A DNA stretch of 64,000 bases from Candidatus Limnocylindrales bacterium (GCA_038214375.1 JBBQRX010000012.1:6871-70870), one strand, 5' to 3'; shown: positions 17,204 through 27,341, counted from the first letter of the stretch. Translations and numbers: made by a program. Notes: generated by a model not told the origin, from the letters alone.

Positions 17204-18571
17204 ATGATCAACGGACCAGGCGCGAGGCGCGGGATGCTCTTGCGCGCAAGTGTTGTGCTGATGGCCGCCGCATTCGCCGCGGCCGGCTGCTCCGGCAGCT
17301 CGGCGAGCCCGAGCGCCGCGCAACCATCCGCGGGCGCGTCCGCCTCGGCGGCTGCGGCGGCCTCCGGGGCGGCAGCGTCCCCCGCGGGCGAGGCGATCAC
17401 GCTCCACGTCCTGCTGATGAAGCAGGCCGCATACAGCGACACCGACGTCGCGGCGATGACGGCGGCGTTCAACGTGGATCACCCCAACGTCACGATCGTG
17501 CCCGAGTTCGTCGCCTATGACGCGCTCCACGACAAGATCGTCACGGCGCAGGCCGGAGGAGGCGGCGTCTACGACCTGATCCTCGTCGACACCCCGTGGC
17601 CGGCGGAGATGGTCAAGGCGGGCCTCATCACGGAGATCACCGACAAGATCCCGGCCGAGTTCACGAGTGGCGTCTTCGACGCCGCGTGGACGGCGGCCAA
17701 GTACAACGGAAAGATCTACGGCGTGCCCTGGATCAACGACACCAAGTTCTTCTTCTACAACGAGAAGCTGCTCACCGACGCCGGCATCACCGCGGCACCC
17801 AAGACATGGGACGAGGTCGAAGCCGACGCGAAGGCCGTCAAGGCCAAGGGCGAGGTGAAGTACCCGCTCATCTCCAGCTGGAAGCAGGCCGAGGCGGTCA
17901 TCTGCGAATGGACGCAGATCGCAGCGGCGATGGGCGGCAGTGAGTTCGTCGACGCCCAGGGCAACGCGCTGTTCAACCAGGGCGGAGGCCTCGCGGCGCT
18001 CAAGTTCATGAAGAAGCTGATCGACGAGGGCCTCGTCGATCCCGCGTCCCTCAGCTCCACCGAGGACGACGTCAACACCGCGATGGCCACGGGCCAGTAC
18101 GCGATGACGCTCAACTGGACCTACGGTCTCAACGTCATGAACGATGCCAAGTCGTCGAAGGTTCCCGGCCAGATCAAGGTCGCGCCGAGCCCCGGCGAGG
18201 GCAGCGTCGTGACCAGCGGCGTGAACGGCGGCATGAGCCTCGCCGTCACGACGACCAGCAAGCATCCGGCGGAGGCGCTCCAGTACGCCCTCTTCCTCGC
18301 GAGCGAGAAGTCGCAGGAGATGGACGTTGCCAACGCACTGCCGATGTGGAAGGCCTCCTTCGACAGCGCCGATGTCACCAAGAACAATCCGACGCTCTTC
18401 GCGGCGGCCAAGGTCCAGTTCACCGGCCTCGTCGCGCGGCCGGTCGTCCCGTATTACACCAAGCTCTCGAACGCCCTCCAGGCCGCCATCCAGGAGGCCC
18501 TGCTCGGCAAGAAGACGCCCGAACAGGCGTTGAACGACGTGGCAGCCCAGCTGCCCACATTCCAGAAGTAG
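17204..18571 (+). CDS. ABC transporter sugar-binding lipoprotein (family 1 solute-binding protein)
   Basis: Track ORF 17189 (GTG). I prefer ATG 17204 after GGAGGA. It has a lipobox AAAGCSGS and typical carbohydrate SBP sequence (KYNGKIYGVPW...). Confidence 0.9.
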   Translation: MINGPGARRGMLLRASVVLMAAAFAAAGCSGSSASPSAAQPSAGASASAAAAASGAAASPAGEAITLHVLLMKQAAYSDTDVAAMTAAFNVDHPNVTIVPEFVAYDALHDKIVTAQAGGGGVYDLILVDTPWPAEMVKAGLITEITDKIPAEFTSGVFDAAWTAAKYNGKIYGVPWINDTKFFFYNEKLLTDAGITAAPKTWDEVEADAKAVKAKGEVKYPLISSWKQAEAVICEWTQIAAAMGGSEFVDAQGNALFNQGGGLAALKFMKKLIDEGLVDPASLSSTEDDVNTAMATGQYAMTLNWTYGLNVMNDAKSSKVPGQIKVAPSPGEGSVVTSGVNGGMSLAVTTTSKHPAEALQYALFLASEKSQEMDVANALPMWKASFDSADVTKNNPTLFAAAKVQFTGLVARPVVPYYTKLSNALQAAIQEALLGKKTPEQALNDVAAQLPTFQK

Positions 18572-18607
18572 TCCGCTTCCTTCGAGAACCCGACGGACGA
18601 CCGGACG

Positions 18608-19525
18608 ATGACCGCGGGCACGCTCGGCCGCCCACGCGGGCGGCAGTCGAAGCCGTGGCCGGAGACCTGGGTGGCGGCGGCCTTCGTGGCCCCCGCCGCC
18701 CTGGTCGTCCTGCTCGTCGTCGTCATCCCGCTCGCCCGCGCCGCGTGGATGAGCCTCTTCGACATCGAGCTCACGAGCCCGGGGGTCGAGCCGTTCGTCG
18801 GCCTCCAGAACTACATCACCCAGCTGACGAACACTGACTTCTGGGATTCCGTCTCGAAGGCCCTGTTCTTCACCGGGGTGACCACCGCGCTGGAGCTGAG
18901 CCTTGGCCTGGGCCTCGCGATGCTCATGGACCAGCCGCTCCGCTTCCGCTGGCTCCTCCGCTCCATCGTCATCCTGCCGTGGGCCCTGCCGACCATCGTC
19001 AACGCGCTGATGTGGCGCTGGATCGACAACGGCACGTACGGCTCGCTCAATGCCCTGCTGGCGCAGACCGGCGTCATCCACGACTACGTCCCGTGGCTCT
19101 CCCAGGACAGCACGGCCATGTGGATGGTGGTCCTTGCCGATGTCTGGAAGATGACGCCGTTCTGCGCGATCCTCATCCTGGCCGGGCTCCAGGGGATCGA
19201 TCGAGAGCTCTTCGAGGCAGCGCGCGTCGACGGAGCAGGATCTTTCCAGATCTTCCGCCGCATCATCGTGCCCCTCCTCACGCCGATCATCCTCGTGGTG
19301 GTCGTGCTTCGCACCATGGAGGCGTTCAAGGTCTTCGACATCATCTGGATCATGACCGGGGGCGGCCCGGCCAACGCGACCCAGACGGTGGCCATCTATG
19401 CCTACCGGACCGCCTATCAGAGCTACGACTTCGGCCAGGGAGCTGCCCTGGGCTACCTCATCGCGATCTTCATCATGCTGCTCGCCGCCGTCTACCTGAA
19501 GCTCCTCCGGCGGACGGGAGCCTGA
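18608..19525 (+). CDS. carbohydrate ABC transporter permease (MalF/UgpA-like)
   Basis: Multi-TM protein with the EAA-loop region ELFEAARVDGAGSFQIFRRIIVPLL. Confidence 0.9.
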   Translation: MTAGTLGRPRGRQSKPWPETWVAAAFVAPAALVVLLVVVIPLARAAWMSLFDIELTSPGVEPFVGLQNYITQLTNTDFWDSVSKALFFTGVTTALELSLGLGLAMLMDQPLRFRWLLRSIVILPWALPTIVNALMWRWIDNGTYGSLNALLAQTGVIHDYVPWLSQDSTAMWMVVLADVWKMTPFCAILILAGLQGIDRELFEAARVDGAGSFQIFRRIIVPLLTPIILVVVVLRTMEAFKVFDIIWIMTGGGPANATQTVAIYAYRTAYQSYDFGQGAALGYLIAIFIMLLAAVYLKLLRRTGA

Positions 19526-19528
19526 GCC

Positions 19529-20461
19529 ATGACGATTGAACAAGGCTCGAGCGGTCGGACCGTGGGCAGCCCGGTCGTTGCCACCGCGGCCATCCATCGA
19601 AAGCCGATCACGCCACGCCGCGTCGCCCGCGCCACGTTCCTGTACGCGGGGATGGTCGTCGCGCTGCTCGTTGTCGTGGCGCCATTCTCCTGGCTCGTGA
19701 TCTCGAGCGTCGCCGACAAGGCAGACCTGCTGACCAAGCCACTCGAGTGGATCCCCGCCCACATCAGCTTCGGGCGCTTCGTCGACCTGACCGTGGGGAG
19801 CTCCGTGGACGAGACCGCGCAGGGGTTCCGGGCCGCGATCATGAACAGCATGGTCATCGCGTTGGCGACGACCGCGGTCGGGATGCTCGTCGGGACGCTG
19901 GCCGCCTACGCCTTCGCCCGCCTCAGGTTCCCCGGGCGCAGCTGGATGATCCTGGCGTTCATGGCCACCACGATGCTGCCGCCGATCGCCCTGATCCTGC
20001 CCCTCTTCCAGATCATGAAGGCGCTCGGGATCACCGACACCCCGCTCGCGCTGATCATCATCTACTCATCGTTCGTGACGCCGTACGTGGTATGGCTGAT
20101 GCGCGGGTACATCGAGACGATCCCGCGGGATCTCGACGACGCCGGGCGCGTCGACGGCTGCTCGCGGCTCGGGGTCCTGTGGCGCGTCATCATTCCGGTC
20201 GCGACCCCCGGGCTGCTCTCGACCGCGCTGCTGGCGTTCCTGCTCGCCTGGGACGAGTTCCTGTACGCCCTGGTGATCACGCAGTCGAATGCCTCGAAGA
20301 CGCTGCCCGTCGCGCTCAACGACTTCATCGGTCGCTACGGCGTCGACTTCGGACGTCTCGCAACGGGCGGTGTCATCGCCGCGATCCCGCCGGTACTCAT
20401 CGCATTCGCCTTCCAGCGACACATCGTTGCCGGGCTGACTGCCGGGAGCGTGAAGGGTTGA
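19529..20461 (+). CDS. carbohydrate ABC transporter permease (MalG/UgpE-like)
   Basis: EAA-loop region DLDDAGRVDGCSRLGVLWRVIIPVATP; starts 4 nt after the previous gene. Confidence 0.9.
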   Translation: MTIEQGSSGRTVGSPVVATAAIHRKPITPRRVARATFLYAGMVVALLVVVAPFSWLVISSVADKADLLTKPLEWIPAHISFGRFVDLTVGSSVDETAQGFRAAIMNSMVIALATTAVGMLVGTLAAYAFARLRFPGRSWMILAFMATTMLPPIALILPLFQIMKALGITDTPLALIIIYSSFVTPYVVWLMRGYIETIPRDLDDAGRVDGCSRLGVLWRVIIPVATPGLLSTALLAFLLAWDEFLYALVITQSNASKTLPVALNDFIGRYGVDFGRLATGGVIAAIPPVLIAFAFQRHIVAGLTAGSVKG

Positions 20462-20496
20462 CGCTCGCCGGCCTCGCGTCCGACGGACCCGACGAG

Positions 20497-21537
20497 ATGG
20501 GCCGCGAGCTGGCCGAAGGTCCGGCCGCCGTCGAAAGCTCCCTGGCCGCCGTCGAGCGGGCCGCGCCCGTCCTCGCGGCGTTCATCGACCAGACGCGGCG
20601 GACCGTGCTTGTCGGAACTGGAGCCTCGCTCGCCGTCGCCCGGACAGCCGCGCCGCTCTGGCGGAAACGTGACCGCGAGCAGGGCAGGGACCGCCCGCTC
20701 GTGATCCGGGAGTCGACGGCCGCGGTGCTCGGCGATGCCGACGGCGAGGTGTTCCTGCCCACCGACATGGTCGTGGCGATCTCCCAGTCCGGTTCGAGCC
20801 CGGAGACGGTGGCGGCTGCACGTCGGGCCGCCGGGAGCGGCGCGCGGGTGGTCGCGATCAGCGCGGCGGCGGCCTCCCCACTGTGCGCAGATGCCCGTCT
20901 CTGCATCGTCACGCCGAGCGGCGAGGAAAACGGCGCGGCCACGAAGTCCGCCCTCTCGGCCCTGGCCGTCCTGCTGGCGATCCCCGGCGCAATCGCGACC
21001 GATGCGACCTCCCGGCTCGCCCTGGCCGATCAGTTGCGCGACATCGTGGCCGACTGGCCCTCCGCCGCAGCGCTTGGACCGGTGCTCGGCGTCGCCGACC
21101 GGCTCTGGATCGTTGGCCTCGGCACCGCTGCCGGCCTCACCGCCGCCGGCGGCCTGCTCTGGCACGAGAAGGCCCATCGCCCCGCCGTCACGACGACCGC
21201 CTCGGAGTTCCGGCACGGGCCGGTCGAGGCCGTGCGCCCTGACGACGCTGTCCTGCTGCTCGACGTGGATCTGCCCGTCGCGGCGCGGGCCCGGTACCTC
21301 GGCCTGTTGCGGGACGAGCTCGGCCGGATCGGCGTACCGATCGTGACGCTGGCGCCGGACACGCCTGCCGATCAGCCTGGCATCCGCCTCGGCCTGTCGG
21401 CTGGTGGGCCGGCCGCGCTCGAGGCGCTGCTGCGTCTCCAGCAGCTCGCCCGGGCGACCGCGCATGCCGCCCGGACCTACCAGGACGGGTTTCGGATCCT
21501 GCGGGCGATCGTGCATGCGGCGCCGCCGCTCGACTGA
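20497..21537 (+). CDS. SIS-domain sugar-phosphate isomerase/deglycase-like protein
   Basis: Second half of track ORF 19747-21537. ATG at 20497 (a TTG at 20458 is also possible). Two SIS repeats are present (VLVGTGASLAVA...AISQSGSSPETV and WIVGLGTAAG...). Confidence 0.75.
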   Translation: MGRELAEGPAAVESSLAAVERAAPVLAAFIDQTRRTVLVGTGASLAVARTAAPLWRKRDREQGRDRPLVIRESTAAVLGDADGEVFLPTDMVVAISQSGSSPETVAAARRAAGSGARVVAISAAAASPLCADARLCIVTPSGEENGAATKSALSALAVLLAIPGAIATDATSRLALADQLRDIVADWPSAAALGPVLGVADRLWIVGLGTAAGLTAAGGLLWHEKAHRPAVTTTASEFRHGPVEAVRPDDAVLLLDVDLPVAARARYLGLLRDELGRIGVPIVTLAPDTPADQPGIRLGLSAGGPAALEALLRLQQLARATAHAARTYQDGFRILRAIVHAAPPLD

Positions 21538-21608
21538 ACGGACGGACGTCCCCGACGAGACACGCGCGTTTGGCGGCGGGCCCGCTGGGCCGCTCTGCCG
21601 GCGACTCC

Positions 21609-22553
21609 ATGGTAGCCTCGGCGGCCATGGCGGCACCCGGCATCCCTCCGATTCGAATTCCCGACGACTTCACCGTCTGGGCAGGCAGCGACCTGCACGG
21701 GCAGCTCCGCGTCGTCGACCGCCTGCTCGGTGCGGCCGGCCTCACCGACGGTGCCGACCGGTGGATCGCGCCGACCGGGACGGCATTCGTCGTGACCGGC
21801 GACGTGGTGGACCGGGGTCCAGATTCGCTGGGGCTGGTGCGACGTCTCGCCTCGCTGCGCGCACAGGCGGCGCAGGCCGGCGGACTCGTGGCGATCCTCG
21901 AGGGGAACCACGAGGCGCAGGTCCTCGGCGGGATCGGCGGCGAGCCGCAGATCTTTCGGGCCATGATGGCGTTCGGCGGCGGAGCCACGCTGCTGTCTGC
22001 CGGACTGCGACCGGACGAATGGAAGGGCCGCTCGTCCGCCGAGATCGCCGCTCGCGTGGACGAGCTGGCTCCCGACCTCGTGCCGACGCTGTGGACGTTC
22101 GCGCCGTACGCCCGCTGGCGGGACGTGCTGTTCGTGCACGGTGGGCCCGTGCCGCACCAGGAGCTCGACCACTTCGAGCAGAGCGCCGACCGGCTGTGGA
22201 TCCGGGACGCGTTCTTCGCCTCACCGGACCCCTTCCCGGAGGCCGCGTCGTGGGCGACCTATCGGCGGGCCGGGATCCGCCGTGTCGTCTTCGGACACAC
22301 CCCGGTCGCGCGACCGAGTTTGAGCCACGACGGCCATGCCCTCAATCTCGATACGTGGCGTAGCCAGCAGGTCACCATCGCGCGGCTCGAACCCGGCCGG
22401 GACTTGCCCGACGCCACGTTCCTCGCCGAGCCGGCGGAGCCGCGCGCGATTGCCGACGAGCCGATCTCGCCCGAGGAGATCCGAAGCCTCGACGCCGATC
22501 TTCCCGCGGTGGTTGACGCATGGATCGCCGCGCGAGGCACATCGACCCTGTAG
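21609..22553 (+). CDS. metallophosphoesterase (calcineurin-like/PPP-type)
   Basis: Motifs GSDLHG, GDVVDRG, GNHE, ...VHGG and GHTP occur in the canonical order. The track start at 21570 is TTG; ATG 21609 is preferred. Confidence 0.8.
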   Translation: MVASAAMAAPGIPPIRIPDDFTVWAGSDLHGQLRVVDRLLGAAGLTDGADRWIAPTGTAFVVTGDVVDRGPDSLGLVRRLASLRAQAAQAGGLVAILEGNHEAQVLGGIGGEPQIFRAMMAFGGGATLLSAGLRPDEWKGRSSAEIAARVDELAPDLVPTLWTFAPYARWRDVLFVHGGPVPHQELDHFEQSADRLWIRDAFFASPDPFPEAASWATYRRAGIRRVVFGHTPVARPSLSHDGHALNLDTWRSQQVTIARLEPGRDLPDATFLAEPAEPRAIADEPISPEEIRSLDADLPAVVDAWIAARGTSTL

Positions 22554-22633
22554 ACCGTCACGCGCGCGACCGGCGCCGAGCCCAGCGGGTGCGGCTCGGC
22601 CCCCTGGGCCATCGACAGCGCCGAACGGTCTCC

Positions 22634-23071
22634 CTACTCCATCGGTTCGAGCACGAACACCGGGATCTGCCGTTCGGTCTTCGCCTGGTACGTCGCGTAG
22701 TCGGGCCACGCTTCGACCGCGCGCGCCCACCAGCTGGCCTTCTCGGTTCCCGTGACCTCGCGGGCCAGGTAGTCGCGTTTGGTCGCGCCGTCCTGCAGCT
22801 CGACCTGCGGGTTCTGCCTGAGGTTGTGGTACCAGACGGGGTTCCTCGGGGCGCCGCCGAGTGAAGCGACCGCGGCGTAGAGGCCGGCATGCTCGACGCG
22901 CATGAGCGGGGTCTTGCGGAGCTTGCCGGTCTTCGCGCCGACCGAGGTGAGCACGACCACGGGCCTGCCGCGCAGATCACTCCCCTGCGCGCCGTTGGTC
23001 GACTCGTAGAGCTCCGCCTGCCTGCGCGACCACGCGGAGGTGCCCGGTTCGTATTCGCCGGTGAGTGGCAT
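22634..23071 (-). CDS. deazaflavin (F420)-dependent nitroreductase-family oxidoreductase (DUF385-type)
   Basis: ...[60 protein letters not shown]... is the characteristic Ddn/DUF385 signature. Confidence 0.85.
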   Translation of the reverse strand: MPLTGEYEPGTSAWSRRQAELYESTNGAQGSDLRGRPVVVLTSVGAKTGKLRKTPLMRVEHAGLYAAVASLGGAPRNPVWYHNLRQNPQVELQDGATKRDYLAREVTGTEKASWWARAVEAWPDYATYQAKTERQIPVFVLEPME

Positions 23072-23410
23072 CTTGTCATTGTCTCGCTGTCCGTCCTCGT
23101 GCGTCGCCCGGGGCTCGACGGGTCGTGGACGCAGGGGCCGACGGCGGTGGAGCGGTCGCCTACAGGCCGTCCTTCATCCGCCCACGCGCCTGGATCAGAT
23201 CACGCGCGGCGGGCAGGCTGATGCAAGATCACGCTCGGGCCGGACTCCCGTTGAAGACAGGTCTCCCCTCCGATGCGCGTTGCGGGCATATTCGTCGCCT
23301 TCGATATGTACGTAACGGGCATACGGCAGGACATATGCCTCGGCCCGGACGCTGAGCTGAGCTCAACCCCGCATAAACGGCCACGGAACCCGGCCGGGCC
23401 ACCCGGGAAC

Positions 23411-23548
23411 CCGCTCCCGGCGACGGCTGTTCCGCGTCAATATGGCCCCCGGGCCACGAGGCCGGCGACCGGGCTCGGCGACCCTGGTATCCGCTCCCGG
23501 CGACGGCTGTTCCGCGACAATATGGCCCCCGGGTCACAAGGCCGGCGA
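23411..23548. repeat. two 58-bp direct repeats spaced 80 bp apart
   Basis: ccgctcccggcgacggctgttccgcgTcaatatggcccccgggCcacGaggccggcga at 23411-23468 recurs at 23491-23548 with 3 mismatches. Each copy carries an AT-rich CAATAT box. Confidence 0.85.
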
Positions 23549-23640
23549 AACCCGGGCCACCAGGCCGGCGAAACCCCGGCCACCAGGCTGGCGAAACCCC
23601 CGGCCACCAGGCCGGCGCAACCCCGGCCACCAGGCGTGGC
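23532..23640. repeat. five tandem 23-24-bp iteron-like repeats (GGYCACNAGGCYGGCGAAA)
   Basis: Copies start at 23532, 23555, 23578, 23602 and 23625. A sixth related copy lies at about 23452. The array ends 56 nt before the ATG of the SEC-C protein. Confidence 0.85.
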
Positions 23641-23696
23641 TTCCGGCCAGCGCGAGACTGGCTCCCGACCAGCGCAGAGGAGGAGGAGGAGGACCG

Positions 23697-26441
23697 ATGC
23701 CGCGACCTACGATCGCCAGCGCCGCCGCCGAGCTGCTCGCCGAGCACCGTGCGCTCGCCCCCGAGGAGCTCGGCCGGCTGATCGCGGCGCTGGGTCGGAC
23801 GCACGCGAAGAACCCGGTGCAGGCGGTGACCGCGGCACTGAGTCTCGATTGGCGGTTCCGCCGCCTCGAGGACGATCGGTGGGTGGTTCCCGGTCAGCTG
23901 CTCGATGGCGCCACGCTGACCCACCACCTGACCGCGACCGAGGCCGCGGCCGGGGCCCTCGCCATGACGCCGGACCTCGCCCCATTCATGGCGCAGGCTG
24001 CGCACGGCGTGGTGCTCCCCGACGGCGCGTCGCTCCGGGTCCTGTGGCGGGACGAAGCGGCGACTGCCACCGGCCTGGAGACAGAGATCGCGCTCGTGGG
24101 ACCGCCCGGCTGGCTGGCGGGCGCGCCCGGGGATCTCCTGCATGTCCGGCTCACGGGCGCCATCCTCAGGGTCGCGCCCGGGCCGAAGCCGAAAGCGGAC
24201 TCGCGACTCGTCGTTCGCCGCCTCGCCGAGTCCGCTCGAATGCGCCTCGCGGAGCAGGAGCAGGAGCGATCGACCTTCTTCCCCGTGCCCGTCGCCGTCC
24301 TGCTCGATGCGCTCATCCTCGACCATCTCGCGGACGATCCCGGCCTCCTCGCCCAGCCGCTGCCTCCGCTCGGCGAGGCGTTCACTGCGGCCGGCCTCGA
24401 AGCCCACCGTGGATTCGTGGGACTTCCCGGGACCGACTGGGAAGCGGTGGACGAGTTCTTCGACTTCGATGAGCTCGACGATCTGGACGACCCGGACGAT
24501 CTGGACGACTTCGACCTCGACGTCGAGCAGGGCGACGACACCCTCCGGCGCGGCACGGACGCCGACGACGAAGCCTCCGCGCTCGACCGCCTGATGCTCG
24601 ACTCGTTCGGCCTGGAGCCCCACGAAGCCGAGGGCGTCGGGATCGTGCTCGGCGCGTGGGAGCTCAGCCAGCGGCTCGGCGGTCTCGACAACCCGACGAC
24701 GAGCGCCCGGCTTGCCGAGATCCTCGCCTGGCCGGCGATCGCCCGCGTCGTTGCCATGAAGGCCTGGACCGACCCCGCTTTCGAACGATTCGTCGCCGAG
24801 ATCGCGACTGCCGCCAGGGGGCGCGACGCGGCGGGCCCGGTCTTCATCCTCGGCGCCTACGCGGAGGTGCGCGACGACGTTGCCGATGCCGAGCAACGCT
24901 TCCGGTCCGCGCTCGAAGCCGACCCGCGGCACCCACTCGCGCTTGCCGCGATCGCCCGGTACGAGGTCGACCGCGGCGACTACGCCGTGGCGCTCGGACG
25001 CCTCCGCACGGCGGGCGTGCCCGCCGACGATCTCGAACGCGCCTGGCTCGAACGGCTCGCGCGTCCGGACGTGCGGCGCGTGGGCCGGAACGAGCCGTGC
25101 CCGTGTGGCTCCGGGCGCAAGTACAAGGCCTGCCATCTCGACAGCCCTGGCACGGTCGGGCCGGTGGATGCCGCGACCGCGCTTCTCCACAAGGTGGACC
25201 GCTGGCTCGCGCAGCCGGACATGCAGCACGTGGGTGCAGAGGTGCTGCTGGAGGTCGAGCGAGGGACGCAGGCCATCGATCCGGTCGGTCCGGCGACCAG
25301 GTCCCGGGGGACGCGCAGGTCGACGGCGACCCGGACGCCCGGCCGGAATCTCGAACACGCGATCGGCGCACCGATGCCGGACATCGATCCCGACAAGCCG
25401 ATCGACCCGATCCTCAAGGACATCGTCCTGTTCGACCGCGGCGGCCTGCGCCGGTTCCTCGACGTGCGCGGCTCGCTGCTCCCCGAGGTGGAGCGGGCGC
25501 TCGGCCGGACGTGGCTGCTGACCCGGCGCTCACTCTACGAGGTCCAGGCAGTGCGGCCCGGAACGGGCGTGACGCTGCGGGACCTGCGCTCCGACGACGG
25601 CGGCGTCGAGGTGCCCGATCGCTCGATGTCCCGTGCGGTCGGGCCGCTCGACCTGCTCTGCATGCGCCTGCTGCCCGACGGCACGGGCGGCTTCCTGGCG
25701 ACCGACGCGATCACCGTGCCGCGGACACAGCGACCACACGTGCTGGACCTGCTGGGCTCGGACGACGGCCTGGACCTGCTCCGCTGGATCATGCTCCCCG
25801 CTCCCCCACTCCGGATGACCAACACCGAAGGCGAACCGCTCCAGCTCATCTCGATCGCCTATCGCGTCCCGGACCCGGCCGCGGCGTCGACCGGCCTCGG
25901 CAGGAAGCTCCGGGATGACGGCCACGGCCGGTTCGTCGAGACGATCGTCCGGCACGGCCAGGAGTGGACGCGCGGGACGGTCACGCTCGAGGGCGACCGC
26001 GCCACGATCGACGCCAACTCGCAGAAGCGCGCCGCGCGCCTCGAGCGGGCGCTCCTCCGGGCAGCTCCCGGCGCGCGGCTCATCCGGCGCGAGGAGCGCG
26101 GAATCGAGGAGGCGCTCGACGCAGAGCGGGCGAAGGGCCCTTCCGCGGACGCGATCGACATCTCGGCGCACCCGGAGCTCGCGCAGGCGATGGACGAGTT
26201 CATGCGCCGGTCGGAGCGGAGCTGGGTGGACGAGTCGATCCCGGCGCTCGGCGGCCTCACGCCGCGCCAGGCGATGGCCGACCGCGCCGCCCGCCCCCAG
26301 CTCGAGGCGCTGCTCGACGACTTCGAGTGGCAGGATCGGAGAGCCGAACGCGAGCCCGGGGGGACAGGTCGCGGCGGCGTCGGGCACATGGATGCATCCC
26401 GGATCCGGGCCCTGCTCGGGCTCCCCCAGCGAACCCGCTGA
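23697..26441 (+). CDS. 914-aa SEC-C-motif (CPCGSGxKYKxCH) protein with an acidic tract and TPR-like segment; function unknown
   Basis: Track ORF 23442-26441. Start set at ATG 23697, directly after GGAGGAGGAGGAGGA. It has the SEC-C metal-binding motif NEPCPCGSGRKYKACH and the acidic run DEFFDFDELDDLDDPDDLDDFDLD. The C-terminus reads ...IPALGGLTPRQAM.... Confidence 0.8.
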   Translation: MPRPTIASAAAELLAEHRALAPEELGRLIAALGRTHAKNPVQAVTAALSLDWRFRRLEDDRWVVPGQLLDGATLTHHLTATEAAAGALAMTPDLAPFMAQAAHGVVLPDGASLRVLWRDEAATATGLETEIALVGPPGWLAGAPGDLLHVRLTGAILRVAPGPKPKADSRLVVRRLAESARMRLAEQEQERSTFFPVPVAVLLDALILDHLADDPGLLAQPLPPLGEAFTAAGLEAHRGFVGLPGTDWEAVDEFFDFDELDDLDDPDDLDDFDLDVEQGDDTLRRGTDADDEASALDRLMLDSFGLEPHEAEGVGIVLGAWELSQRLGGLDNPTTSARLAEILAWPAIARVVAMKAWTDPAFERFVAEIATAARGRDAAGPVFILGAYAEVRDDVADAEQRFRSALEADPRHPLALAAIARYEVDRGDYAVALGRLRTAGVPADDLERAWLERLARPDVRRVGRNEPCPCGSGRKYKACHLDSPGTVGPVDAATALLHKVDRWLAQPDMQHVGAEVLLEVERGTQAIDPVGPATRSRGTRRSTATRTPGRNLEHAIGAPMPDIDPDKPIDPILKDIVLFDRGGLRRFLDVRGSLLPEVERALGRTWLLTRRSLYEVQAVRPGTGVTLRDLRSDDGGVEVPDRSMSRAVGPLDLLCMRLLPDGTGGFLATDAITVPRTQRPHVLDLLGSDDGLDLLRWIMLPAPPLRMTNTEGEPLQLISIAYRVPDPAAASTGLGRKLRDDGHGRFVETIVRHGQEWTRGTVTLEGDRATIDANSQKRAARLERALLRAAPGARLIRREERGIEEALDAERAKGPSADAIDISAHPELAQAMDEFMRRSERSWVDESIPALGGLTPRQAMADRAARPQLEALLDDFEWQDRRAEREPGGTGRGGVGHMDASRIRALLGLPQRTR

Positions 26442-26729
26442 GGGTCTCGCGAGTCGCGCCATTCGGGCCGGGCACGAGGTGCAGGGCACGCGCCTCGCGC
26501 CGCGGCAGTACCCGGGATGACGCACCGTAATGACACGTCGGCGGTGCCGGATACAAGATTGCCCATCGATCCGGAAACGCCCACACGACGCGACGGGCAC
26601 CGGGCCGAACATCACGCACACTCCGGCCTGCCCCGGTGTCGCAGGACCTCCCTCGCTCGCGACACCAGGGCAGGCATCTTCTTGTCCGGCGACCGCCAAG
26701 CCCGCGAAGCCAGCCAGGCGGCCCCGACC

Positions 26730-27254
26730 TCAGAACGGCTTCCGCGAACGGGTCCGTCGCCGGGCTTTCGTAGGCCCCTGGGATCCCGCGGAGTCGATCG
26801 CGACGATGCTGATCGACCCGTCCGCCTCGAGCGTCGCGAGCTTGAGGTCCTTGACCGCGTCGAGCCCGTGCTCGCGGAGCGCCGCCTCCACGTCGGCGAT
26901 GTCGAGGCCCTGCGCTTCGAGCACGGGCCGGAGCCACGCGCCATCCCGTCCGATGACCGTCGGCGGGGATTCGAGGAGGCCGCGCACGAACGCACTTCGC
27001 ACGCGCACCTCGGCCACGAGTCGATTGAGGACGAAGATCGTCACGATCACGATGAACCCGCCCGGGATCGACGCGTCAGGTCCGGTGATCGCAGGCTGCA
27101 GCGCGTTCGCGGCCAGCAGCACCAGGGCGAGGTCGAAGAGCGTGAACTGGCCGATCTCACGCTTGCCGAACAGCCGGAGAGCGCCGAAGAAGATCAGGTA
27201 GATGAGCGTCGCCCGGAGCACGAGCTCGAGTGGCGGCGTACCGAGCGTCCACAT
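26730..27254 (-). CDS. DUF421/YetF-like membrane protein
   Basis: It has N-terminal TM helices (LVLRATLIYLIFFGALRLFGKREIGQFTLFDLALVLLAAN), then a soluble C-terminal domain as in YetF-type proteins. Confidence 0.75.
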   Translation of the reverse strand: MWTLGTPPLELVLRATLIYLIFFGALRLFGKREIGQFTLFDLALVLLAANALQPAITGPDASIPGGFIVIVTIFVLNRLVAEVRVRSAFVRGLLESPPTVIGRDGAWLRPVLEAQGLDIADVEAALREHGLDAVKDLKLATLEADGSISIVAIDSAGSQGPTKARRRTRSRKPF

Positions 27255-27341
27255 GCAGCGACTCCTCGAGCGAACGTGCCAGCAATCGATGGTTCAGCCG
27301 CGCCGCCGTCCGCGGCCCGTCGTGGACCGGCGCCGCGAGGA

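Noticed and set aside
23532-23640. The tandem 23-bp repeats as a CRISPR array.
   Set aside because: The repeats are contiguous with no spacers, they are short and degenerate, and there are no cas genes.
23442-23696. An N-terminal extension of the SEC-C protein starting at ATG 23442 (in frame).
   Set aside because: The extension would be translated straight through the DNA repeats into Pro/Arg/Gly-rich sequence. A very strong SD (GGAGGAGGAGGAGGA) precedes ATG 23697.
26442-26729. A small ORF (start of track ORF 26517-27890) in the convergent gap after the SEC-C gene.
   Set aside because: It has low third-position GC and no SD, and it runs antisense into the DUF421 gene. This is probably non-coding 3' region.
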